This document shows, piece by piece, positions 1 to 9,917 of a DNA stretch of 64,000 bases (positions are counted from its first letter, which is position 1; each line of letters opens with the position of its first letter). This DNA comes from an uncultured Gammaproteobacteria bacterium (GTDB lineage Bacteria > Pseudomonadota > Gammaproteobacteria > Steroidobacterales > Woeseiaceae), in NCBI GenBank assembly GCA_963922215.1, contig CAWUHY010000001.1, positions 1,246 to 65,245 of the forward strand, given 5' to 3'. The notes under the pieces were generated by a model, which was given only the letters and a program-made list of their open reading frames with translations, was not told where the DNA came from and ran no database searches. The translations under genes were made by a program, and so were the position numbers.

Positions 1-107
1 GACATACTGATTCTTCAAATGCTGTCCATTGGTCGTCTACTCCGCATATGGTCAGTATACTCACGACACGGCGCCGATCGGTTGGCAGCACTGAAAACGG
101 GAGACTC

Positions 108-1846
<1,739 letters not shown>

Positions 1847-1850
<4 letters not shown>

Positions 1851-3175
1851 GTACCTATCCGCCGTATCCGGAGTATCGTGATAGTGGGGTGGATTGGTTG
1901 GGGGAGGTGCCGGCGGAGTGGGACATCACCAAGTTGAAGAGAGTTGTCGACTTTACGACTGGCTGGACACCGCCTACAGGCGAGTCGCGGTTTTTTTCCG
2001 GAGAAAATCTGTGGGCGAATATTTCTGACCTCAAAGCGCCGCAGATTTCCGATACGGAGAAGCAGATAAGCGATGAGGCGGCATCGGACACGAGGATGCC
2101 GATAGTGCGCGCTGGGTCCTTGCTATTCAGCTTTAAGCTATCGATAGGCCAAGTCGCATTCGCTAGTACTGACATGTACACGAACGAGGCGATCGCTGCA
2201 TTTTCTCCTGACCAAGGTGTCGACCTTGGCTTTGCTTATTATGCCTTTCCATTGATGATTCCGAGAAACGCTGAAACGAACATATATGGCGCGAAGCTTC
2301 TGAGTCGAGACCGGATTCGCAATGCAGCGATCCTGTTACCACCAGCTAAAGTGCAAAAGTCAGTTGCAGATTTTCTGGACAGAATCACGGCCGATATAGA
2401 TCGCTTGATTTCGGAGCAACAGCGCCTGATTGGTTTGCTGCAGGAAAAACGCCAGGCCGTAATTAGCCACGCGGTGACGAAGGGCCTGAATCCGGATGCG
2501 CCGATGAAGCTGTCGGGCGTTGAGTGGTTGGGTGAGGTGCCGGCGCATTGGGATGTTACACGTGTTGGCTGGACCCTTACAAAAATTTCGTATGGCTTTA
2601 CTAACCCGATGCCAACAGAAGATGAAGGTCCATATCTACTTACAGCAAACGATATTGCCATGGGATTTGTTCGATACGATAGCGCCAGACGGACATCTGG
2701 AGAAGCTTTCTCTAACTTGCTGACCGAAAAAAGCAGACCGAAGAAGGGTGACATTCTTCTCACAAAAGATGGAACGCTTGGTCGGGTGGCCATCCACGAT
2801 GGATCCGACGCATGCATCAATCAGTCAGTCGCGCTGCTGCGCCCCGAAGTGGAAACAGCGAGCAGCGAGTTTCTCGCTCGCTTGCTCATGGGGGGCATTT
2901 ATCAAGCTCGCATGATCTACGAGGCCGGTGGAACTACTATCAAGCACATTTACATCTCCCGGCTAGCGAAAATGCCGATAGCGCTTCCGCCGCAGTCGGA
3001 GCAGGAACAGATAGTGAGCTTCCTTAGGGAGTCTACAGCTCGCTTTGACCATGCAATCGACAGATGTGAGGCATCGATCGATTTGCTTGAGCAGAGACGC
3101 AGTGCACTGATCTCTGCTGCGGTGACGGGAAAAATTGATGTCCGGGACTTTTCAGCCGGCAAGGCCGTTGCATGA
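1847..3175 (+). CDS. hsdS: Type I restriction-modification system specificity subunit HsdS (two target-recognition domains)
   Basis: 442 aa. Two variable halves each begin with GV(D/E)WLGEVPA.W. Each is followed by a conserved helical spacer (QRLIGLLQEKRQAVISHAVTKGL and IDLLEQRRSALISAAVTGKIDV). GC is visibly lower than in hsdM/hsdR. Overlapping start/stop on both sides (GTGA, ATGA). Confidence 0.92.
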
Positions 3176-6100
3176 GCGGAGTCGAAACCGTCCATCGCGA
3201 GGTTCACTTTGAGGATCACATCTTCGAGTATCTGACCGCTTCGTTGCCTGAGGACGAAAGGTGGTTGGCCGGCGATCCGGCGGCATATGACAAGGCTCGA
3301 GCGTTGTACGCTGAAGATATCGTCGGGTGGCTTCGCGAGACGGCACCGGAACAGTGGGTGAAGATTGAACGATTGCACGGCGACAGCACCGAACGGCGCG
3401 TGCTGGACGCGTTGGCGAAGAAGCTCGGCAACCGCGAGACAGGCGGGACGCTGGAGGTTTTACGGCGTGGCTTCTCGATGGCCGGTGCAGGCACACTGCA
3501 GATGAGCCAGAGCCTGCCAGAGGAGGGCCGCAACGAGGCTGTGTTGCGGCGCTACCGGGCGCATCGGCTGCGAGTCGTGCGGCAACTCAAATACAACCCA
3601 GCCCGGGAATGGTCGGTCGACCTCGTGTTCTTCGTCAACGGCATCCCGGTGGCGACCTGGGAGGTGAAGAGCGACTTCACGCAGGACGTCGAGTCGGCCA
3701 TCGCGCAGTACAAACGAGACCGTTCGCCTAGGTCGCCGACCGGGGGCGACGAGCCGCTGCTCGCGTTCCAGCGGGGCGCGCTCGTGCACTTCGCCGTATC
3801 GACGACCCAGGCGTGGATGTGCACGAAGCTCGAGGGCGACGACAGTTACTTTCTGCCATTCAACCAAGGCAATCACGGTGGTGCCGGAAACCCGCCGCAG
3901 CCGCCCGGCAGCGACCGCTATCCGGTCGCCTACCTGTGGGAGGAGACGTTCCGCCGCGACAACCTGTTGCGGCTGATCCACCGCTTCTTCATGTTCCAGC
4001 GGGAACGCCGCGAGGATGCGTCGGGCAAACGCTACTGGCAGGAGATCATGTTCTTCCCGCGCTACCACCAGTGGCAGGCCGTGACCCAACTGGACCGGGC
4101 CGTGCGCGAGGAAGGCGTCGGGCAGCGCTACCTGCTGGAGCACAGCGCGGGCTCCGGCAAGACGATGACCATCGCTTGGCTATGCCATTCGCTGATCCGG
4201 ATGAAGGCCGAGAGCGGAGACGACCTATTCTCGTCAGTAATTGTCGTAACAGATCGGACGGTGCTCGACGACCAGCTGCGCGAAGCGATTCAGCAGATCG
4301 ATCATCAACAAGGGGTGGTCGCGGGCATCGAACGGGACAAAGGATTCGGAGGAGTACCGAAGAGCCAGCGGCTCGCAGAGGCGCTGCTGGCCGGCACGCC
4401 AATCGTCACCGTGACCATACAGACCTTCCCGTACGCGCTGGAGGCCATCGCCGGCGAAGGCGGGCTGGCCGGGCGCAACTTCGCCGTCGTCATCGACGAG
4501 GCGCACACGTCGCAGACCGGGCAGGCCGCCAGCAAGCTGCGCGCGGCGCTGACCATCGATCCTGAAGAGGCGAAATCGCTGATGCCCGATGAGGTCATGG
4601 GCATGCTACAGGACAAGCGTCTGTTTCCGCCAAACGTCTCCTATTTCGCGTTCACGGCGACGCCCAAGCACGAGACGCTGACGCTGTTCGGGCGACCCGA
4701 TGCCGACGGTAAGCCGCGGTGCTTTCACCTCTACAGCATGCGCCAGGCGATCGAGGAACGCTTCATCCTGGACGTGCTGCGTGGCTACATGCCGTATCGC
4801 GTCGCCCGCAAGCTCTCCGAGGCTGTTGAGAAGGACGAGCGGGTGGATGCCAAGCAGGCCTCCCGGGCACTTGCACGCTGGACCGCGCTGCATCCGACTA
4901 ATGTCTCGCAGAAGATCGAATTCATCGTCGAGCACTTCCGACGCAACGTCGCGCACCTGCTAGATCACAGTGCGAAGGCGATGATCGTCTCCACCTCGCG
5001 CGCACAAGCTGTGATGTACAAGCATGCATTCGATGACTATGTGCGACGGCAGGGCTATGCAGACTTGAGTGCACTTATCGCCTTCTCAGGAACGGTGTCC
5101 GGCGACAGCGCACCCTTGGCGGAGCATTATCCGGCGCTTTCCGGTGCCGAGTTTACTGAGGCGTCATTGAACGACGTGACGGGTGATCTGAGGCAAGCTT
5201 TCGATACGGATGGCTACCAAGTGATGATCGTTGCTAACAAGTTTCAGACGGGCTTCGATCAGCCAAAGCTTTGCGCGATGTATCTCGACAAGCGGGTATC
5301 CGGCGTTGAGGCCGTGCAGACGCTGTCGCGCCTGAATCGGATGAAGTCGGGTAAGGACACGACCTTCGTTATTGATTTTGCCAATGATCCAGCGGAGATC
5401 GTCAAGGCGTTCCGCATTTATTTCGAACAGGCTGAAGTCAGCGAGCCGCAGGATCTTGATGTTATCTATGAGCTCAAGGACAGGTTGGACCAGTCGGGGC
5501 TTTACATGCCACAGGAGGTCAATGCGGTCGCCGGCATTCTTGCCGGGACGCTGGATGCTTCGAAGGCCAATGCGAAGCTGATCAATGCGGTCGAGCCGGC
5601 AGTTAGGCGATTTAACGAGAAACTGAAGGAATTGAACGACACAGTCGCGCGTTGGGAGATAACCGTAGCGCAGGCCGACGCACGCGGCGATGCCAAGGCG
5701 GGCGAAGAGGCTGAGGCGCGGCGTTCGGAATACGCGAAGGAACGCGACGGACTTATGCAGCTACGCGACGGCATGCGGAAGTTCGTGAGGTTGTATCAGT
5801 ACATCGCGCAGGTGGTGCCGCTAGCCGATGCGTCCCTTGAGAAGCTCGTGCGGTTCATTCGGCTTTATGTGAAGCGACTTCAGAACGTGCCTATGCGGGA
5901 CATCGATCTGGCCGGGCTGGAAATGACGCATTACAAAATCCTCGAGCGTCCGAACGTGGATACCGACTTGGGCGCGCAAGAGGACGCTACGCTTCGGCCC
6001 GCCAAAGGAACAATCAGCGAAGGCCGGGATCGGCAGCGGGAAAGAATTAGCGAAATCATCGCGGCCGTGAATCGAATATTCGGGGAAGGCGCGACTGAGG

Positions 6101-6396
6101 CGCAACAGCTGAAACGGATTGGTGTTTTGGCGGCTATGGGTGAAAGCTTGCGACGCAACGGCACGGTGCGAGCCCAGATTGATGCCGGCAATAGCGACGA
6201 CCAGATCATGCAAGCCGGAGACGCCGTAGACGAAGTTCGTCGTCAGGTGATCGACCAGATGCTGAATAGCACGGACCAGGCGGATGCCGAACGATTACTC
6301 TCAGATCGTGAAAATCTGATCCGGTTTGCGACCGTGGCGCTGAAGTTGGCGAGAGGTGATGTAGATACACAGGCACTGTTGGAGTCTATGTCCTGA
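3172..6396 (+). CDS. hsdR: Type I restriction enzyme endonuclease/translocase subunit HsdR
   Basis: 1074 aa. N-terminal PD-(D/E)xK nuclease motif (SVDLVFF ... WEVK), Walker A HSAGSGKT, DEAH box VIDEAH, helicase C-terminal region (FQTGFDQPKL, TLSRLNR), and a long helical C-terminal region. Confidence 0.95.
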   Translation: MSGVETVHREVHFEDHIFEYLTASLPEDERWLAGDPAAYDKARALYAEDIVGWLRETAPEQWVKIERLHGDSTERRVLDALAKKLGNRETGGTLEVLRRGFSMAGAGTLQMSQSLPEEGRNEAVLRRYRAHRLRVVRQLKYNPAREWSVDLVFFVNGIPVATWEVKSDFTQDVESAIAQYKRDRSPRSPTGGDEPLLAFQRGALVHFAVSTTQAWMCTKLEGDDSYFLPFNQGNHGGAGNPPQPPGSDRYPVAYLWEETFRRDNLLRLIHRFFMFQRERREDASGKRYWQEIMFFPRYHQWQAVTQLDRAVREEGVGQRYLLEHSAGSGKTMTIAWLCHSLIRMKAESGDDLFSSVIVVTDRTVLDDQLREAIQQIDHQQGVVAGIERDKGFGGVPKSQRLAEALLAGTPIVTVTIQTFPYALEAIAGEGGLAGRNFAVVIDEAHTSQTGQAASKLRAALTIDPEEAKSLMPDEVMGMLQDKRLFPPNVSYFAFTATPKHETLTLFGRPDADGKPRCFHLYSMRQAIEERFILDVLRGYMPYRVARKLSEAVEKDERVDAKQASRALARWTALHPTNVSQKIEFIVEHFRRNVAHLLDHSAKAMIVSTSRAQAVMYKHAFDDYVRRQGYADLSALIAFSGTVSGDSAPLAEHYPALSGAEFTEASLNDVTGDLRQAFDTDGYQVMIVANKFQTGFDQPKLCAMYLDKRVSGVEAVQTLSRLNRMKSGKDTTFVIDFANDPAEIVKAFRIYFEQAEVSEPQDLDVIYELKDRLDQSGLYMPQEVNAVAGILAGTLDASKANAKLINAVEPAVRRFNEKLKELNDTVARWEITVAQADARGDAKAGEEAEARRSEYAKERDGLMQLRDGMRKFVRLYQYIAQVVPLADASLEKLVRFIRLYVKRLQNVPMRDIDLAGLEMTHYKILERPNVDTDLGAQEDATLRPAKGTISEGRDRQRERISEIIAAVNRIFGEGATEAQQLKRIGVLAAMGESLRRNGTVRAQIDAGNSDDQIMQAGDAVDEVRRQVIDQMLNSTDQADAERLLSDRENLIRFATVALKLARGDVDTQALLESMS

Positions 6397-7244
6397 TGAG
6401 TAACCCGATAACGATCAAGCTTTTCCTCGCTAGCGGCCGATCCACAGGAATTCGCACCGCAGAAATATCGAATTGGTCCGGAATGGCGCTCGCTGCACCG
6501 AAGACAGAGTTCCCGGCATTTTTGGCTCGGCCGGAACTGGAGGGTAGCGGAGTCTATTTTCTGATTGGACAGGATCCCGCTTCTGGCAACAACGCTGTAT
6601 ATATCGGTGAGGCAGAGACTTTACGCAAAAGACTCCCGACCCATCGCGACAAGGACTTTTGGGTTCAGGTCGTCGTTTTTACAAGTAAGGATCAGAACCT
6701 TAGCAAGGCGCATATCCGATACCTTGAGGGACGGTTGATCTCAATTGCTCAGGAAATCGGCCAGTCCGAAGTTCGAAACACCCAGGCAAGCGGGTCGAAG
6801 TTGTCGGAGTCTGATACAGCCGACATGGAGATCTTCCTCAGCCGCATTCGGCAGCTACTTCCGGTGCTCGGTTCCGGCGTCCTGACGCCAATTGCTGGTC
6901 CAAAGACCGGAAACTCAGATACGGTGCCATTGGTTTGCAGAATTCACGACCTCGAAGCGAGGGGCGAGCGTACAGAGTCAGGCTTCGTTGTTTTTTCCGG
7001 TTCTCAAGCAGTGCGAGAGGACCGTCCGTCAGCCGGAGCATGGTCGATAGAACTTCGCAAACTCCTCCTCGAAAAAGGAGTATTGGTCGATAAGGGCGAT
7101 CACTTACATTTCGAGAAAGACTACGAGTTTTCCAGCCCCAGTGCCGCTGCCGGTCTAATTCGTGGTGGTAATACCAACGGTTTAACGTCCTGGCGTCATC
7201 CTACTACTGGCGAACGGCTTAGGGAGATTGAGTCTGGTGAATGA
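6396..7244 (+). CDS. GIY-YIG nuclease-like N-terminal domain fused to a DUF4357-like C-terminal domain; R-M-associated accessory protein
   Basis: 282 aa. GIY-YIG-like motifs GVYFLIG ... AVYIGEAETLRKRL. The C-terminal part (GFVVFSGSQA ... SPSAAAGLIRGGNTNGLTSW) resembles DUF4357. ATG overlaps the hsdR stop by 1 nt (TGATG). Confidence 0.75.
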   Translation: MSNPITIKLFLASGRSTGIRTAEISNWSGMALAAPKTEFPAFLARPELEGSGVYFLIGQDPASGNNAVYIGEAETLRKRLPTHRDKDFWVQVVVFTSKDQNLSKAHIRYLEGRLISIAQEIGQSEVRNTQASGSKLSESDTADMEIFLSRIRQLLPVLGSGVLTPIAGPKTGNSDTVPLVCRIHDLEARGERTESGFVVFSGSQAVREDRPSAGAWSIELRKLLLEKGVLVDKGDHLHFEKDYEFSSPSAAAGLIRGGNTNGLTSWRHPTTGERLREIESGE

Positions 7245-8086
7245 GAGTTTGCTTTCGTGCTGTCTCAGATGTGGCGCAAAGGATGACAGCAACCATATTG
7301 CGGTATGGGCTCTTTTCTCCGCGTATTCCAATCGCACGTACACTCCGCTGCCACCATCAGGGCGGCCACCACCGCATAATGCTCAAATAGCTTCCGACGA
7401 TTTTTTGCCTCGCGTTCTGCAAGCAGCGGCACTGAACAGGGCGTGAGGCGACTTGAAATAGGCGGAGTTCTCACGACTCCCGCACGGAAATTCGCACAGC
7501 AAGTCGAGCGGGCGAAGCCGGCATTTAGTTAAACGGTTTCATCGTTTCCGCAAGCACCAGGGAGGCGACTTGCACTCTCTCAGTATTCTTTCGCGCATCT
7601 CTTTCGGCGCAGGTTATTACTCAAAACGACCTAGGGTCTAGTGGCGACCAAAGGGACTATTCACCGGCGTCGGCTGAAGCTCTAGATCTGCTAGTAATTG
7701 CCGAAGAATTGATAGCAGTGGACTCCGCCAACACTCTACCGCGTCGTGAGTTGGAGGCTGTTCATATTCTGCGCCTGTTTTCTAACTTCCGGTGGCCGGC
7801 TCATCTCATTCTTCTTCAAAAATTTTTGTGTTTCGAAGTCGGCGCCGCTATCAACGTTTAGCAGCATCAGGTGTCGGTATATGTGACAGGCTACACGCAA
7901 ATTCCTCTATTGATCCAGTACTGTCGACAAAGGCGCCCAGTCAGCCGGTGGTTGCTGTGAGCGTCAGATATCCTTGACCTCCCTATGGCCAGTCAAATTT
8001 AAACGGACTATCGCCAATTAAATGTACGAGTGCGGATGTAGATCAGCCAGCAAGCAATTCGTACCAGCGTGGATCGGAGTAACACA

Positions 8087-8830
8087 GTGCCAGTAAAATC
8101 GATTGTGATACTCGCGAACTCGTTTAAGCACCGTCGCCGCTGCATAGCTGGGAAAGAGGTTCACCAATCTGCGAATAACCGTTGGCGCCTTACGCAGGAT
8201 TGGTATCGGCCGGTCACAATCGACACCGCAACGCACGGCGCAGTTGATTTGGCAACGTGCACCGACCGAGCGTCCGGACGCGAATTCCGACTAATGGATA
8301 TAGTCGAAATAGAATTCGATGCACCAGCGCCGGAACAAGGTCAGCCGGAGAACTGGACATTCAACGCCGATTCTCCGTGGACCAAAGTGGGTCGTTTTCA
8401 AGCAGCCGTGGCGCTTAACTTATTGGACAGGCCATCCGACGTTTGGAACGACCCTTTCTCTGCGAACATAAGCTTGGTGAGCGAGGCTTACACAGTTGCG
8501 GGCCAGGTTGAGCAGTCGCTCGCATTGATTCAACCGGAAGAGTTTAGGTTGAATCTGAGCAATGACCACAACCCGTGGGATTGTGGGTACAAGAGAAAGT
8601 TGCGCGCAGCGTTCGTTTACAATGGTGTCGAGTACTCGGGGATCGGAGTAACCGATCCGAACGTATGGCGCTATTGTGAAGACCGATTTCCGGGGCCGGG
8701 CCACCCTAGCGAAGAAATTACACTACCAGGTGGAGACAGGTACAGCCTTTGCCTGTCGCTTGCTCCGCCTTTTCCTGACAACAACAACACCCAGTCAAAG
8801 CTCGTCGCTGGTGTTATTAAGCAACGCTAA
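8087..8830 (+). CDS. Hypothetical protein, first gene of four-gene cassette (N-terminal S.K....CIAG / W.RPV motifs; no family recognised)
   Basis: ORF 8069..8830 (GTG). An in-frame GTG at 8087 has GGAG 8 nt upstream and is preferred. No TM segment or signal peptide seen. Sits in an AT-rich context. 18-nt gap to the next gene. Confidence 0.7.
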   Translation: MPVKSIVILANSFKHRRRCIAGKEVHQSANNRWRLTQDWYRPVTIDTATHGAVDLATCTDRASGREFRLMDIVEIEFDAPAPEQGQPENWTFNADSPWTKVGRFQAAVALNLLDRPSDVWNDPFSANISLVSEAYTVAGQVEQSLALIQPEEFRLNLSNDHNPWDCGYKRKLRAAFVYNGVEYSGIGVTDPNVWRYCEDRFPGPGHPSEEITLPGGDRYSLCLSLAPPFPDNNNTQSKLVAGVIKQR

Positions 8831-8847
8831 TTCCAGGTCGTGTAGAC

Positions 8848-9288
8848 ATGAATACATTTACTATCGGTTTTACCAAAAAGAGCGCCGAAGACTTTTTCAG
8901 TTATCTTCGCCAGAACAATGTCGTTCGGTTGATCGATGTTCGTCTGAACAATGTCTCGCAACTGGCCGGCTTTGCGAAACGAGATGATCTGAGATTCTTT
9001 CTTTCGGAGATTTGCGGCGCAGACTACTTGCACGTCCCAGACCTCGCGCCAACAAAAGATTTACTCGACGCATATAAAAAGAAGAATATTCCTTGGGTTC
9101 AGTACGAAGATCAGTTTCTTAACCTAATGGCCAAAAGAAACATCGAGCGCATAATTGACCGATCTACTCTTGATCGCGGCTGCCTTTTGTGTAGCGAACA
9201 CGAACCTCATCACTGCCACCGGCGGCTTGTAGTGGATTACTTAAACGATTCGTGGGGATCGATCTTAAAGGTTAAGCACCTGTATTGA
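8848..9288 (+). CDS. DUF488 family protein
   Basis: 146 aa. N-terminal FTIGFTKKS...LIDVR and C-terminal LLCSEHEPHHCHRRLVVDYL match the DUF488 signature (IGH/DVR ... C.E....CHR). Confidence 0.8.
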   Translation: MNTFTIGFTKKSAEDFFSYLRQNNVVRLIDVRLNNVSQLAGFAKRDDLRFFLSEICGADYLHVPDLAPTKDLLDAYKKKNIPWVQYEDQFLNLMAKRNIERIIDRSTLDRGCLLCSEHEPHHCHRRLVVDYLNDSWGSILKVKHLY

Positions 9289-9899
9289 TGATGAATACTG
9301 TCCTGATCCTCTATCCTTCCCTGTTTCGATGCAAAAGTAAATTTCGCAGAAAAGTAGTGAACATTACCGCAAAAATGGGTGTTTTCGATGTGGTTTCTCC
9401 ATCCGACCCGAATGGACTAGTAGCGGAGTTTGTAGAGATTAACCCTCAAGCTAAGAATTGCACTATTGAGGTGTATTGGAAGGAAAAGCGTGCGCTAACA
9501 CACGCCATTGTTTTTGACGACGGGGAAGAATTTCCACGAGAGCTCGAATGGCTCCAATTAAATAATGTCCCGACCCGATCAATAAGAACACCGCTTACCA
9601 GAGTCGTAAACATAAAAGACGATCCGGAATATAGTAAGAAAGGAAATACGGCGAGCTATGAGTATATTGGCCGCGGATCGTATTGGGGAAACCCGTATTC
9701 CATGTACGATTCGGGCGAGAGTCGAGAACAAGTTATCGCCAAGTACAAGTACGATTTCGAGCGCGACCTTTTTCCAAACAAGGAAAAGTCGAAAGCCCTT
9801 GGTCTGATCGGCAAAAGACTAGGGTGTTTTTGTAAACCAGCGCCTTGCCACGGAGATGTATTGGCAGACTATCTAAACAGCTACGACGACGGCCAGTGA
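9288..9899 (+). CDS. Unknown N-terminal domain fused to DUF4326 domain
   Basis: ORF 9285..9899 (TTG). ATG 9288 overlaps the upstream stop (TGATG). The C-terminal half (YEYIGRGSYWGNPY ... LIGKRLGCFCKPAPCHGDVLADYL) matches the DUF4326 signature. The first ~100 aa are unassigned. Confidence 0.75.
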   Translation: MMNTVLILYPSLFRCKSKFRRKVVNITAKMGVFDVVSPSDPNGLVAEFVEINPQAKNCTIEVYWKEKRALTHAIVFDDGEEFPRELEWLQLNNVPTRSIRTPLTRVVNIKDDPEYSKKGNTASYEYIGRGSYWGNPYSMYDSGESREQVIAKYKYDFERDLFPNKEKSKALGLIGKRLGCFCKPAPCHGDVLADYLNSYDDGQ

Positions 9900-9917
9900 C
9901 GTCCGCTTCCCCACACA

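Noticed and set aside
3813-4565. 250-aa plus-strand ORF in an alternative frame inside hsdR (also 3460..4143 minus)
   Set aside because: The translation is Arg/Pro/Ala-rich. It lies across the helicase motifs of the in-frame HsdR, so it is a GC-rich frame artefact.
7265-7474. 69-aa minus-strand ORF with VPL ... HPLRH spacing, considered as a tyrosine-recombinase C-terminal remnant
   Set aside because: The resemblance rests on two short motifs only. The region after HPLRH is missing and no catalytic Tyr segment is present. It cannot be supported without a blastx hit, so it is kept only as a comment in the gap finding.
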